Source: an uncultured virus (IMG/VR IMGVR_UViG_3300032257_000007) (lineage: Duplodnaviria > Heunggongvirae > Uroviricota > Caudoviricetes). From it: a DNA stretch of 64,000 bases. Below are positions 50,249 to 59,506 of this stretch, in pieces. Where the stretch lies: IMG/VR virus record IMGVR_UViG_3300032257_000007. The stretch is one strand, 5' to 3'. A program made the translations under genes and the position numbers. The notes under the pieces were generated by a model that ran no database searches, was not told the DNA's origin, and worked only from the letters and a program-made list of their open reading frames with translations. Within the stretch, counting starts at the first letter, position 1; the number at the start of each line of letters is the position of its first letter.

Positions 50249-50386
50249 ATGTTTGACAAAGCAGAACTCTTAAAAGTTGCAGAGCAAGTCAGAGAGCAGG
50301 GTGTAACAACTACTGCTGCTAAGACTCTAATGAAACAAGCATCGGACATCCGTATCACAACTCTTTTAGCCGCTATCAAAAAATAA
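50249..50386 (+). CDS. Small protein (45 aa, MFDKAELLKVAEQ...MKQASD...)
   Basis: Read manually; fills the gap before the portal; carries K-x-A motifs. Confidence 0.55.
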   Translation: MFDKAELLKVAEQVREQGVTTTAAKTLMKQASDIRITTLLAAIKK

Positions 50387-50405
50387 CGTACCAGAAGGAC
50401 TATTT

Positions 50406-52277
50406 TTGATCTTTAGCGACTATGATCTAACTAGAAGATATAAAAAACACCCATTATTATCACAATTCAGTAGTTCTCTGCCATCAAACATTAAAGAATT
50501 GTTTGAGTGGATGGAGTTTATTGTTCATAACAACCCTATTGCATCTGCAGGTATTAAGAAACTTTCTGAAACTCCTGTAACTTCATTTAAATATTTAGCT
50601 GCTGATGATCCTAATGAGGGGTCTATCAGTGAAAACGATAGCTGGAAGTCTGTATTAGAAGATTCTCTAAATATGAAGGCTAACCTTCTTAACGTCTCTT
50701 ATAACACTCTTTTATATGGAAACTGCTTTGTGTCTGTGTACTCTCCTATTATTAGATTTTTGAGATGTGACATATGTAATGAAGAGATCCAGCTTCGTCA
50801 CTCAAAGAAATTGAAAGTTTTTATCTCAAAGAAAGATGATGCTGGCTTCGGTGAGCACTCTGAATTTGAAGATGATGGTGACTTTTCAAAACAAGACATA
50901 TCTACACCTACAAAAGACATTACAGAGAAGTACAAGAAGCTTAACACTAAGAAGACTCCTGTCCACTTTTCTTGTCACTGTAACTCATGTAAGAAGATAA
51001 CTTCTCATGCTGCAAGAGATATGCGTATTAAATCTAAAGATGATATGAATCTTATCGTTTGGGACCCTAACTCAATCAAGCTTGTTGATAATCAAATCAC
51101 AGGGGCATCAGAGTTCTATTATGAGATCCCAGGCAATGTGTATCAGACTGTTAAGGATAATGACCCTTTCACTCTATCTACAATGCCTATCGGTATGATT
51201 GAAGCAGCTATCACGAAGAAGCTTTTTAAGTTCTCCGAGGGTCACATATATCATTCCAAGAGAGAGACAATCAGTGGAGTATCTACTTCATGGGGAATGC
51301 CAGCACTATCTTCTGCTATCCCTGCATTCTTGACTCTTATGATTCTTAGAAAAGCAAATGAGAAGATTGCATCTGACTACATGGTTCCTTTAAGAACCAT
51401 ATTCCCTATGAATCAAGCAAGTGGAAGTGACATGTATAACTTCATGGGCGGGTCTGACTTTGTTGGTAAGATTAACACTATGCTCGACAAATGGAAGCTT
51501 GACCCTTCTGCTGTTCAGACAACTCCATTCCCTATTGGAACAGAGACTATCCTTGGAGATGGTAAACTTCTCAGCCTTAACCAAGAGATCGATCAACTTG
51601 AGTCAAATATTGCCAATTCGCTTGGTATCCCTATCGAGTTCATCAAGGGTGGTTTGAGCTACTCTTCACAAGGTAGTTCATTAAGACTTCTAGAGAATCA
51701 GCTGGCTAGACTTTCTTCTAACCTTGAAGATGTTCTTGGTTTCGTGGTAGATAGAGTCTCACTTACTTTAGATAAAGAGCCTATCAAAGTGAAAATGGTT
51801 CCATTTAAAATCGTTGATGACTTGCAGGAGAAAGCTGCTATTGTTCAGCTTGCTGCTTCTGGTCAAGGAATGATAAGTACGTCTACTATGCTTGAGATGT
51901 TCAATATGGATGCTGCTTCTGAGAATAAGAGAATGCTTGCTGAACAGAAAACTGGTGTTAAAAACAACATCGATCTTCAGAATTATCAGCAAGAAGTTGC
52001 TACAAGTATTGAAGAGCGTGCTAAAAATGCTGCTCAGATGAATAATAGTAACTTCCAGACTCTTAACCAGCAGTCATTAATGGCAGAGGCTCAACAGTAC
52101 GTTGACCAGCTAATGCAAATGGATGATGGATCTAGAAAATCAGCTCTCGATGAAATGTCTAAGACAAATTATATCTTATATGGTGTTGTTAGAGCTCTAT
52201 TGGAAATGAATAAAGGCAAGCAAGACTATGCTAACCAACAAGAGGGCGAAGCTGCTGCAGGTGGAGAAGAAGCCTAA
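50406..52277 (+). CDS. Portal protein (putative)
   Basis: 623 aa; LLYGNCFV, IVWDPNSIKL, HIYHSK...WGMPAL, IANSLGIPIEFIKGG, ISTSTMLEMF follow the order of portal motifs; near the protease. Confidence 0.7.
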   Translation: MIFSDYDLTRRYKKHPLLSQFSSSLPSNIKELFEWMEFIVHNNPIASAGIKKLSETPVTSFKYLAADDPNEGSISENDSWKSVLEDSLNMKANLLNVSYNTLLYGNCFVSVYSPIIRFLRCDICNEEIQLRHSKKLKVFISKKDDAGFGEHSEFEDDGDFSKQDISTPTKDITEKYKKLNTKKTPVHFSCHCNSCKKITSHAARDMRIKSKDDMNLIVWDPNSIKLVDNQITGASEFYYEIPGNVYQTVKDNDPFTLSTMPIGMIEAAITKKLFKFSEGHIYHSKRETISGVSTSWGMPALSSAIPAFLTLMILRKANEKIASDYMVPLRTIFPMNQASGSDMYNFMGGSDFVGKINTMLDKWKLDPSAVQTTPFPIGTETILGDGKLLSLNQEIDQLESNIANSLGIPIEFIKGGLSYSSQGSSLRLLENQLARLSSNLEDVLGFVVDRVSLTLDKEPIKVKMVPFKIVDDLQEKAAIVQLAASGQGMISTSTMLEMFNMDAASENKRMLAEQKTGVKNNIDLQNYQQEVATSIEERAKNAAQMNNSNFQTLNQQSLMAEAQQYVDQLMQMDDGSRKSALDEMSKTNYILYGVVRALLEMNKGKQDYANQQEGEAAAGGEEA

Positions 52278-52295
52278 GCTAAAAAAAACCAGGGG

Positions 52296-53024
52296 CTAAG
52301 CCTCTGATCTCTTTCTTATCGGATTAGGTACAAGCCTTATCCAATCTTTTCTCTTTTTGAATTCATACGCTTTACTTCCTTCGTCAACCACTTCTAATTG
52401 ATCGATCTCAGCTTCATATTCATCCATGCTTTCAATGATAGTTGTCACAATATTCTTCTCAATGAATAAAAGTATATCATCAGCGACCACCATAGTATAG
52501 AAGTCGCCAGACACTCTTCCGTAAGTCTCTATTGTTTTACCAACAAATCTCACTTCTCCATCACATAAGAATCTACCATGAATATCTATCATTGTACCAG
52601 CGGCAACACTGCCACCTACATACAAGTTAGCTTTAGCAACAAGAAGATCTCTTGCACTGACGTTCTCTTCAACAGAGACATCAGAAAGTAAGTGTATCTT
52701 TCCTGTTGATATAAGAGAGCCTTGAACGCTTGCTCTTCCTAACTGTATAAACTCATTGGCAATTATGTTGCCTTTTATGTTGGCTGTGTCAATGGTTACA
52801 GAATTACCCTGTATACCAGTCATGCTAGCACTCCCTTTGATAAGGACTGCTCCATCTACCACAACTTCACCTTCAATGACGCTTCCAGCAACAAATAGGT
52901 TCTCACCAACATGCAGCCTTTTGTCCAGGTCAATAGTTAGATCATCATTTACAATCAGTGATGATATGTAATAGTGATCGCCTTTGTCTTCAATGTAATC
53001 ATTGTTAGCATTAAGTGTTAACAT
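52296..53024 (-). CDS. Beta-helix repeat protein (bactofilin/polymer-forming-like)
   Basis: Repeated V/I-x-G-x-V/L units (VAGSVIEGEVVVDGAVLIKGS, IKGNI, VQGSL). Confidence 0.5.
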   Translation of the reverse strand: MLTLNANNDYIEDKGDHYYISSLIVNDDLTIDLDKRLHVGENLFVAGSVIEGEVVVDGAVLIKGSASMTGIQGNSVTIDTANIKGNIIANEFIQLGRASVQGSLISTGKIHLLSDVSVEENVSARDLLVAKANLYVGGSVAAGTMIDIHGRFLCDGEVRFVGKTIETYGRVSGDFYTMVVADDILLFIEKNIVTTIIESMDEYEAEIDQLEVVDEGSKAYEFKKRKDWIRLVPNPIRKRSEA

Positions 53025-53025
53025 T

Positions 53026-53250
53026 CTATCCCTTTACTCGAATAAGACTAGACAACTCAGATAGAATAGCTTCAGCAAGGGCATTGTTTTTAGTCACAAT
53101 CTTCCTTATCCCGCCTTTCAGCAGTTGAGCTTCTACTATGTTGCCTTTGACTTTGTCGTATGTTATAGAAGACTCTTTTAACTCATCGTCTTTTATTAAC
53201 ATCTTTTCTTCAATGACCCACTTTGCCTTCTTTGAAAGCTCAGTACTCAT
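53026..53250 (-). CDS. Hypothetical protein
   Basis: 74 aa, tiled in the - strand operon. Confidence 0.5.
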   Translation of the reverse strand: MSTELSKKAKWVIEEKMLIKDDELKESSITYDKVKGNIVEAQLLKGGIRKIVTKNNALAEAILSELSSLIRVKG

Positions 53251-53953
53251 CTTGCTCTTGCTCTTTCATGTAGTACTCCAATAGAAACTCTTTTATGAGC
53301 ACATCGAAATCCTTGAAAGCGTGTTCTAATGATGGTATAAGCTCCGAGAGCATCTTTATTTCACTATCTGATAGAATGTGACTACCGCCATCGTTTATCC
53401 ACCTTGTAGCTATCTTAATGGCCTCTCGACCCATTACAGATTTAGTGTAGATCTTTCTGAACTTAGCAACATTGCCTTCGTGAACAGAAAAAGTATCACC
53501 TCGGTGATGTTCCACACAAAGTGGGACACATAAGATATCGTGTCTCATTGGTTGTCTTCCATAAGCATGATGAGCTTCTATGTTGGTATTCGTACACCCT
53601 TCCACAATACATGGTTCTGAGTGTAAGTGAATCATAAATTCTTTCAAGATTATGTCAAACTTTTTCTTCTTTCTGGGTTTAGATTTGATATGAGACTGTT
53701 TCATTCTCTTTGCCTCTTTAGGCTTAGACTTGGTGCAATGCATTTGAAGCCATTGCTCAGTTATCTTATCAAGGTCAACCCTGCCTATATCAAATCCACT
53801 AGGAGATGTGACATAATAGGCGGTCCCGTCTTCTATTGTAAATATGTATCCGTTAAACTCAAGGACTTCTTCTCGTTCAAACTCAATGTTTCTCTTGAGA
53901 TCTCGTACCATGAATTTTCTAGTTGTTATTGCTCTAGGTTCTTCTGAGTCCAT
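53240..53953 (-). CDS. DUF968/Ref-like Zn-binding HNH-type nuclease domain protein
   Basis: PCIVEGC...EAHHAYGR...VPLCVEHHRG...VH. Confidence 0.65.
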   Translation of the reverse strand: MDSEEPRAITTRKFMVRDLKRNIEFEREEVLEFNGYIFTIEDGTAYYVTSPSGFDIGRVDLDKITEQWLQMHCTKSKPKEAKRMKQSHIKSKPRKKKKFDIILKEFMIHLHSEPCIVEGCTNTNIEAHHAYGRQPMRHDILCVPLCVEHHRGDTFSVHEGNVAKFRKIYTKSVMGREAIKIATRWINDGGSHILSDSEIKMLSELIPSLEHAFKDFDVLIKEFLLEYYMKEQEQDEY

Positions 53954-54329
53954 CTTTATGCCTTCTCTTGAGTTTTGACATTTTACTCAGACAAATAGCA
54001 GAAGCTATAAGCTGAGAGTCTCCATAAGCATAAGCCATTGCTGAATGATTTCTTGTGCTGACGACAGAACATTTTGATTTGCAACCAGGATCACCTTGTG
54101 GGCAATCTGAAGTATCAATTCTAAAATCTTCTGGAGTTAACGATACGAGAGCTTTTCTTATAACGCTTGTCTCGACTTCCCAAAGAGGCATAACAATACC
54201 TCTCTTAGTAGTCTCTATCACACAATTTTCATCAACAATAGATATGCTTTCTACTTTACCGTGTACTCCCATAAGTCCTTTGGACTCAGGAGTAGTAATC
54301 ACTAATTCAATTGCATCTTCTACAGTCAT
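53934..54329 (-). CDS. Hypothetical protein
   Basis: 131 aa ORF. Confidence 0.5.
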   Translation of the reverse strand: MTVEDAIELVITTPESKGLMGVHGKVESISIVDENCVIETTKRGIVMPLWEVETSVIRKALVSLTPEDFRIDTSDCPQGDPGCKSKCSVVSTRNHSAMAYAYGDSQLIASAICLSKMSKLKRRHKDGLRRT

Positions 54330-54337
54330 AGGCCTAC

Positions 54338-56650
54338 CTACGAGCTGCAGCTATCACAAGTATCGTGATCGTTGTTTTTAGGAGTGTTGGTGTAATACAA
54401 AGTTTTGACACCTAGCTTCCAAGCAATCTGATGCAGCTTAGCAAGATATTTGTAGTTCCAATCTGCCTGCTTAATGTAAAGATTAAAGCTCTGGCTTTGA
54501 TCAATAAATAGCTGACGGATAGCATTTAGAATGATAAGCTTCTCTTGATCAGTTTCATAAGCAAGGCTGTAATACTGATTAAGTTTAGCAAATTCAGGAA
54601 CAAGTACTTGAGTAGTAACCGCACCTTCAAGTTCGTAGCTGTAGTACATGATCGGTTCAATAGATTCCGTAAGGTCTCTTGATGTTGCCGAACTTGCAGT
54701 TGGAGCAATAGCAGATGTGAGTGCGTTTCTCATACCAAATTTCTGAATACGATCTTTGATAATTGCTGCTTTCTCATCATCAAACAGATGACCAAACTTA
54801 TTCTTTAAGAACTCGTTACCAAGGTCATAAGGAATATAGCCTTCTGCCCACTTACTTTCAGAAAACTTCTCAAATCTACCACGCTCTTCAGCAAGTATTG
54901 TATTCGCCATTAGAATAGAGTTTGATATCTTATTGAATAGTTTGAAAGTATGTTCTTGAGCCTCTGGTGCGTCAAGAAGAATCTTATGTCTAGCCATATG
55001 GTTTGCGTAGTTATTGTACCCAAGACCAATATATCTATACTGAAGGTTTGTTTTCATACCAGCAGCTCTCATATACTTACCAATATCGATTGTATTATCA
55101 AGAACAAGCGAGACAACATAGACAACTTCGTCCATTACCTCTTCAGGCTCATCCGCAATATTACAGTTAAAAGAGGCTAGATTACATAAAGCAATTTCTT
55201 CATCTTTATACTTGGTAATCATATACTCTTCACCATCTTCTTTGATCACGGACTCTTTTACAAGCTTCCCTGGTCTTGAAGGTTCAAGTATCTCACAACA
55301 TAAATTTGAAGAACCAACATAACGATTAGTCATATTAGCTCGGTTCACATTGTCAAGCAGTATTTCGTACATATTCCCTGTTTGGAATGAGTACTTCAAG
55401 AAAGACATACCATATAACTCTCTGGCGTTAACTCTCTTGCGTCTTATACCGTGTTTCTCAACATATCTATGGTAATGCTCAACCCACTCATCACTATACG
55501 TTTCTAGCAGCTCTGGTGTATCGAGAGGATCAAAGAGATAGACATCTTCGTTCTTCTCAACCATTTCCATTAGGTAATCGTTAGATGCGAATGAATATTG
55601 AAGGTGAGGTGCTCTATTTTCTTCTGTCCCACCTGATGAATCTTTCAACTGAAGGAAGTCTTCAATCTCATAGTGCCACCAAGCACATGTGATTACAGCA
55701 CTACCACGACGAGTATCTGATTGCATCATAGAACCAACTACAGATTGGATGTTTCTGATAAACGGAACAATACCACCAGTCTGAACACCATTGTTCGTAT
55801 AGCTTCCTTTTGCTTGGATGTGCGAGACATCAAACGCAAGACCGCCACGACCTTTAGTGTAAAGACCACCAGTAGTAAGTTTGTTCATTAGATCCCAAGT
55901 ACTGTTACCGATAGTATTTAGAATACAACTGGCAAATTGGTTCAAAGGAGTAAGAGCATTCATCATAATAGGCGTAGCTAAAGTAGCCTGCGCATTAGAC
56001 AAAATGTTATATAGCTTTTCGATCAGTTCAAGTCTTGTAAACTTCATCTTAGGTATATTTTCGCTACCAAGGTTATAACACAGACCCATAGCAACTCTCA
56101 TATATGTAAGTTGAGGCAACTCAAGCTTTTTAGTCTTTGAGTAGTTTTTACAATATTTAAGATTGAACTGTTTTAGAGCATTGTACGTAAAAGTGAGGTC
56201 TCTGCTTGTATCGATAAAACCATTTATGATGTTAATTTCATCTTCAGAGTACATGCCTACAATTTCAGAATCATACACTTTATGAGAAATACCCTTTTTA
56301 AGGACATCCATCAAGTGAGGGTATTCTTTGTTTTTGATATTGTATGCTTCAGAGTAGATGTCGAGAAGATAAAGCTTGCTTGCCACAAATTGCCACTTAG
56401 GTGCAATCTGGCTAACTTTACTGACAGCTGTTTCGATAAGGTTTCTGTAAAGCTCTTTGATTTTAATCTTATCTTTGAGCTTTATTTCTGTATCACGAAG
56501 CAGGATATCTGCCATATGCTGATCACCGTCACATGCCCATAGAGCAACACGGTTAATCTTTCTCTTCATCCATGGTTCTTCTCTACCATCTCTTTTTATT
56601 ACAATGACTTCTTTGTTTTTTAAGTCTACTATATGCCCTGTCTTACTCAT
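54338..56650 (-). CDS. nrdA: Ribonucleoside-diphosphate reductase class Ia, alpha subunit with ATP cone
   Basis: VIKRDG ATP cone, FASC, SNLCCEI, CNLAS, APTASS, KTLYY, C-terminal CDSC; likely ATG 56650 overlapping the nrdB stop. Confidence 0.95.
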   Translation of the reverse strand: MSKTGHIVDLKNKEVIVIKRDGREEPWMKRKINRVALWACDGDQHMADILLRDTEIKLKDKIKIKELYRNLIETAVSKVSQIAPKWQFVASKLYLLDIYSEAYNIKNKEYPHLMDVLKKGISHKVYDSEIVGMYSEDEINIINGFIDTSRDLTFTYNALKQFNLKYCKNYSKTKKLELPQLTYMRVAMGLCYNLGSENIPKMKFTRLELIEKLYNILSNAQATLATPIMMNALTPLNQFASCILNTIGNSTWDLMNKLTTGGLYTKGRGGLAFDVSHIQAKGSYTNNGVQTGGIVPFIRNIQSVVGSMMQSDTRRGSAVITCAWWHYEIEDFLQLKDSSGGTEENRAPHLQYSFASNDYLMEMVEKNEDVYLFDPLDTPELLETYSDEWVEHYHRYVEKHGIRRKRVNARELYGMSFLKYSFQTGNMYEILLDNVNRANMTNRYVGSSNLCCEILEPSRPGKLVKESVIKEDGEEYMITKYKDEEIALCNLASFNCNIADEPEEVMDEVVYVVSLVLDNTIDIGKYMRAAGMKTNLQYRYIGLGYNNYANHMARHKILLDAPEAQEHTFKLFNKISNSILMANTILAEERGRFEKFSESKWAEGYIPYDLGNEFLKNKFGHLFDDEKAAIIKDRIQKFGMRNALTSAIAPTASSATSRDLTESIEPIMYYSYELEGAVTTQVLVPEFAKLNQYYSLAYETDQEKLIILNAIRQLFIDQSQSFNLYIKQADWNYKYLAKLHQIAWKLGVKTLYYTNTPKNNDHDTCDSCSS

Positions 56651-57779
56651 CGAATAGGTCCTCCAGATCGAAAGAAAGGTCGTCTTCAAGGAACCCTTCA
56701 TCTTCTAACACACCAATGTTATATGTCAAAAGGTTTGTCTCTTGTGCAAGAGATTTACTGTTGTTAAGATCTTTCTTTGATTCAAAGAAGCTAACAAGTT
56801 CGTTTTGTTCACAGTCAGGGATATCCATCTCTATCTTTACGGCTTTTAAAGCTGCAATAGAATAGTACTCTAGGAAGCACTGTACTGTCTCTGGTGTAAA
56901 ACCTTGGATCTCTTGGATTGTGCTTAGATAGTTAAACCACTCAAGCTCACTATCAATCACTTCTGCGAAACAATTGATTGCCATTTTTTCAAGGTCTTCG
57001 TCATATAGGTCAGAGAAACCCTCATTAGGATTATCTCTTAGGATATTGATCATATGTTTAAAGATAGTTGTATGAATCAACTCATCATTTAAAATCAACT
57101 TGATGTTGTTTACTGACCCTTGTAGGACCTGGTCACAAAGCTCATTGATTTTAAATGTGTAAAGAAATGAAACAAAGAATCTGATGTTCTCAAGAGCGTA
57201 TTGTCTAAACAGCACTTCAAGCACTACTAGCGCTCTATCTCTTGGTGTACCTTCTCTCATCTTTTGCTTCATCTCAGAAAATGACTTTATCTCAAGATCT
57301 AGTCTCTTTCTGATATTCTCGTTTTTGAAGCCCTCATTAAAGAACTTCTCTGGGTCACTAAAGACCTCCCTGATGTTCCAGCTGTATGCTTCTGAGTGTA
57401 CAAGTTCAAAGTGTGCCTGCCATTTAATAACAGCTTCCCACTCAGGGCTTGTAATATACTCACTAAGCACATTATCGAGAAATCTATTCGCTAAACTATC
57501 TGCCATTGTCTGGAACAGAAGGTTTGCTTTGTATATCTCTTGGAACTCTGGTGACAGAGCATTATGGAAACCAGATCGATCTCTTCCGAAATTGATCTCT
57601 TTTGGAAACCATGTAGCTGACTGCTGAACCTTGATAAGCTTTTCAGAGATAGGGTACTTAAACCTGTCGTATCTCTGAATACCATCATGTTCACCAAAGA
57701 ACATCTTCACGTCTTCAATACTATCTTTACTTTTGCTAAAGTCTAAAATATAATCTGATGCTGTATCCATCCCTATCAC
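56643..57779 (-). CDS. nrdB: Ribonucleotide reductase class Ia, beta subunit
   Basis: WFPKEI, QTMADS, ELVHSEAY (radical Tyr present), LENIRFFVSF, DELIH, AQET. Confidence 0.93.
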   Translation of the reverse strand: MIGMDTASDYILDFSKSKDSIEDVKMFFGEHDGIQRYDRFKYPISEKLIKVQQSATWFPKEINFGRDRSGFHNALSPEFQEIYKANLLFQTMADSLANRFLDNVLSEYITSPEWEAVIKWQAHFELVHSEAYSWNIREVFSDPEKFFNEGFKNENIRKRLDLEIKSFSEMKQKMREGTPRDRALVVLEVLFRQYALENIRFFVSFLYTFKINELCDQVLQGSVNNIKLILNDELIHTTIFKHMINILRDNPNEGFSDLYDEDLEKMAINCFAEVIDSELEWFNYLSTIQEIQGFTPETVQCFLEYYSIAALKAVKIEMDIPDCEQNELVSFFESKKDLNNSKSLAQETNLLTYNIGVLEDEGFLEDDLSFDLEDLFDE

Positions 57780-57782
57780 CTT

Positions 57783-58397
57783 CTAGCTTTCGCTAATTAA
57801 AACAGTGTTGTCTGTCATATAAGTGACGAACTTGTTGTAGATAACGAATGTGTTCTCTTCTGGTATTACAGAAACATAAACATCTTCATCGATAAATAGG
57901 TGAGCCATCTTTTGGATATTTGAAAAATCCACTAATGACATATAGCATTTCTTCTCTTGAATAAACAGAGCGATTTCTTCAATCTGAGCCTTGTCTTCAA
58001 TAAAGAAGTCTCGAGAATTGCTCTCATCTATCTCTTTGCTTCTTGAAACAGTTGCCTGCATCTTACCAAGAAGACTTTTGTATTCTCCACCTTCTATCCC
58101 CATAGGCAGAACGTAGTCTTGCTGTGCAGCAGAGTCGTATAAAGATACAGTAGCATCAGTGCCGATAGAGACATCGTCAAATGAACTCATCTGGCTAAGA
58201 TTGTTTACTAGCATTGTGTAAGATATCTGTCTCTCATCTTTCCCTGCGGTTTCAGTTGATATGAAGATAGTGTGCAACGCATCCCATGAGCGAAGCGATA
58301 ACCCCATCCCATCAACATAAGCAAAAGGCATAACCCCCTCTAACTTTTTGGTCCCAAATACTTTTACAAGTACGTCAAAATTCTTTTTAGTTATCAT
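57783..58397 (-). CDS. Possible PCNA-like DNA sliding clamp
   Basis: GMGLSLRSWDALHTIFI resembles PCNA GISLQAMDxSHVALV; about 204 aa; replication context. Confidence 0.35.
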   Translation of the reverse strand: MITKKNFDVLVKVFGTKKLEGVMPFAYVDGMGLSLRSWDALHTIFISTETAGKDERQISYTMLVNNLSQMSSFDDVSIGTDATVSLYDSAAQQDYVLPMGIEGGEYKSLLGKMQATVSRSKEIDESNSRDFFIEDKAQIEEIALFIQEKKCYMSLVDFSNIQKMAHLFIDEDVYVSVIPEENTFVIYNKFVTYMTDNTVLISES

Positions 58398-58785
58398 ATT
58401 CTTTGGCCTTCTCGAATAATGCATCCCATTTACGGTCATGCAGTGTTATATTATTATAGATACAAACTGACTGTATCCAGACTAGGTGAGAAGAAAGTTG
58501 ATCCCCACTTATTTCCGTCATTGAAGCTGGATATCCAAATATCTCATAGAATGACCGAAGTCTCTCTACTGGTATTTTTGTCCTCTTCTTTGAAGGCTCT
58601 TTGTCTGTCTTAGGATAGTCCGAATCTAAGAGCTTGAGCATTATTTTAATGCCCTCTATATCCATTTTCTTAGTGTCTAAGATAACAAGGTTCTTGCCCA
58701 CTTCGACTTCTATCTTCTTATTAGAGTCAAGAATATCAGCAAGTGTTGCGTGGAACTTCTTATTAAATTGCCCCGATACTATCAC
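58387..58785 (-). CDS. Hypothetical protein
   Basis: 132 aa ORF coupled to dUTPase. Confidence 0.5.
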   Translation of the reverse strand: MIVSGQFNKKFHATLADILDSNKKIEVEVGKNLVILDTKKMDIEGIKIMLKLLDSDYPKTDKEPSKKRTKIPVERLRSFYEIFGYPASMTEISGDQLSSHLVWIQSVCIYNNITLHDRKWDALFEKAKEYDN

Positions 58786-59420
58786 TATGCAACCAGGTAT
58801 CTTTCTTGTAGAAGTAGACCCAGGTCATCATCAAAGTGGTTGCTGTAAGCGATGTTGTTAATAAGCTCTGCCATCACAACATTGTCTTCAACACCATTCC
58901 ACATCTTTTTGTATGTACCATCAGCATAGCCATTGCTTTGTCTGAAGGTGTTCAATACAGCTTTCCCGAAGTATAGTTTTTGAATATCATCAAAAGTCAT
59001 GCCGATTGAACCAGCAGCTTTCATAACACTCTTAGCGATAACAACGGATGATTTGTCTGTAATGGAAGCCTTAATTACATTTTCCATATGATGAAGAACA
59101 GATTCTAAGTCACTTGTATGATCAAGTGTGTCAGTTTCTACGATTGCTTTTAACTCTTTTTCAAGTTTGTCGTCAATTATGATTTCTTCTTCTACCATCA
59201 TAGATAGAACAAAGTGCCATATATCAACCAACTCAACTTTTGCATTTTCAATGTCAGCAGAACCATGCTTCCACCATTTCCATGGGAATGAGTCAACTAA
59301 CTCAGCACCCTCCAATAAGATCGCTCTTCTCCAGTTGTGACCTTTCTTTCCCCAATCCTTACCAGTAGTCTTGGTATTGACGCTGTTTTGGGTGTCTATC
59401 ATTTTTCTTAAATCGTGCAT
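58785..59420 (-). CDS. dut: Dimeric all-alpha dUTPase (dUTPase_2 family)
   Basis: EGAELVDSFPWKWWK, KVELVDIWHF, YFGKAVLNTFRQSNGY, WNGVEDN. Confidence 0.92.
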   Translation of the reverse strand: MHDLRKMIDTQNSVNTKTTGKDWGKKGHNWRRAILLEGAELVDSFPWKWWKHGSADIENAKVELVDIWHFVLSMMVEEEIIIDDKLEKELKAIVETDTLDHTSDLESVLHHMENVIKASITDKSSVVIAKSVMKAAGSIGMTFDDIQKLYFGKAVLNTFRQSNGYADGTYKKMWNGVEDNVVMAELINNIAYSNHFDDDLGLLLQERYLVA

Positions 59421-59440
59421 TTAGTTCCTTTTGTATTTTT

Positions 59441-59490
59441 TTTAAAAAGGGTTAAGCAGTATACAGAATATATTCTTAACCAACTTTAAA
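59441..59490 (-). promoter_or_regulatory. Promoter (-10 TATACT) inside an inverted repeat, upstream of the dut-nrdBA operon
   Basis: TTTAAA-n3-GGTTAAG-N18-CTTAACC-n3-TTTAAA; TATACT on the - strand at 59458-59463. Confidence 0.5.
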
Positions 59491-59506
59491 TTTTTATTTG
59501 TCTACT

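Noticed and set aside
52277..52296. Bidirectional terminator at the convergent strand switch
   Set aside because: Only an 18-nt gap with an A-run; no convincing stem
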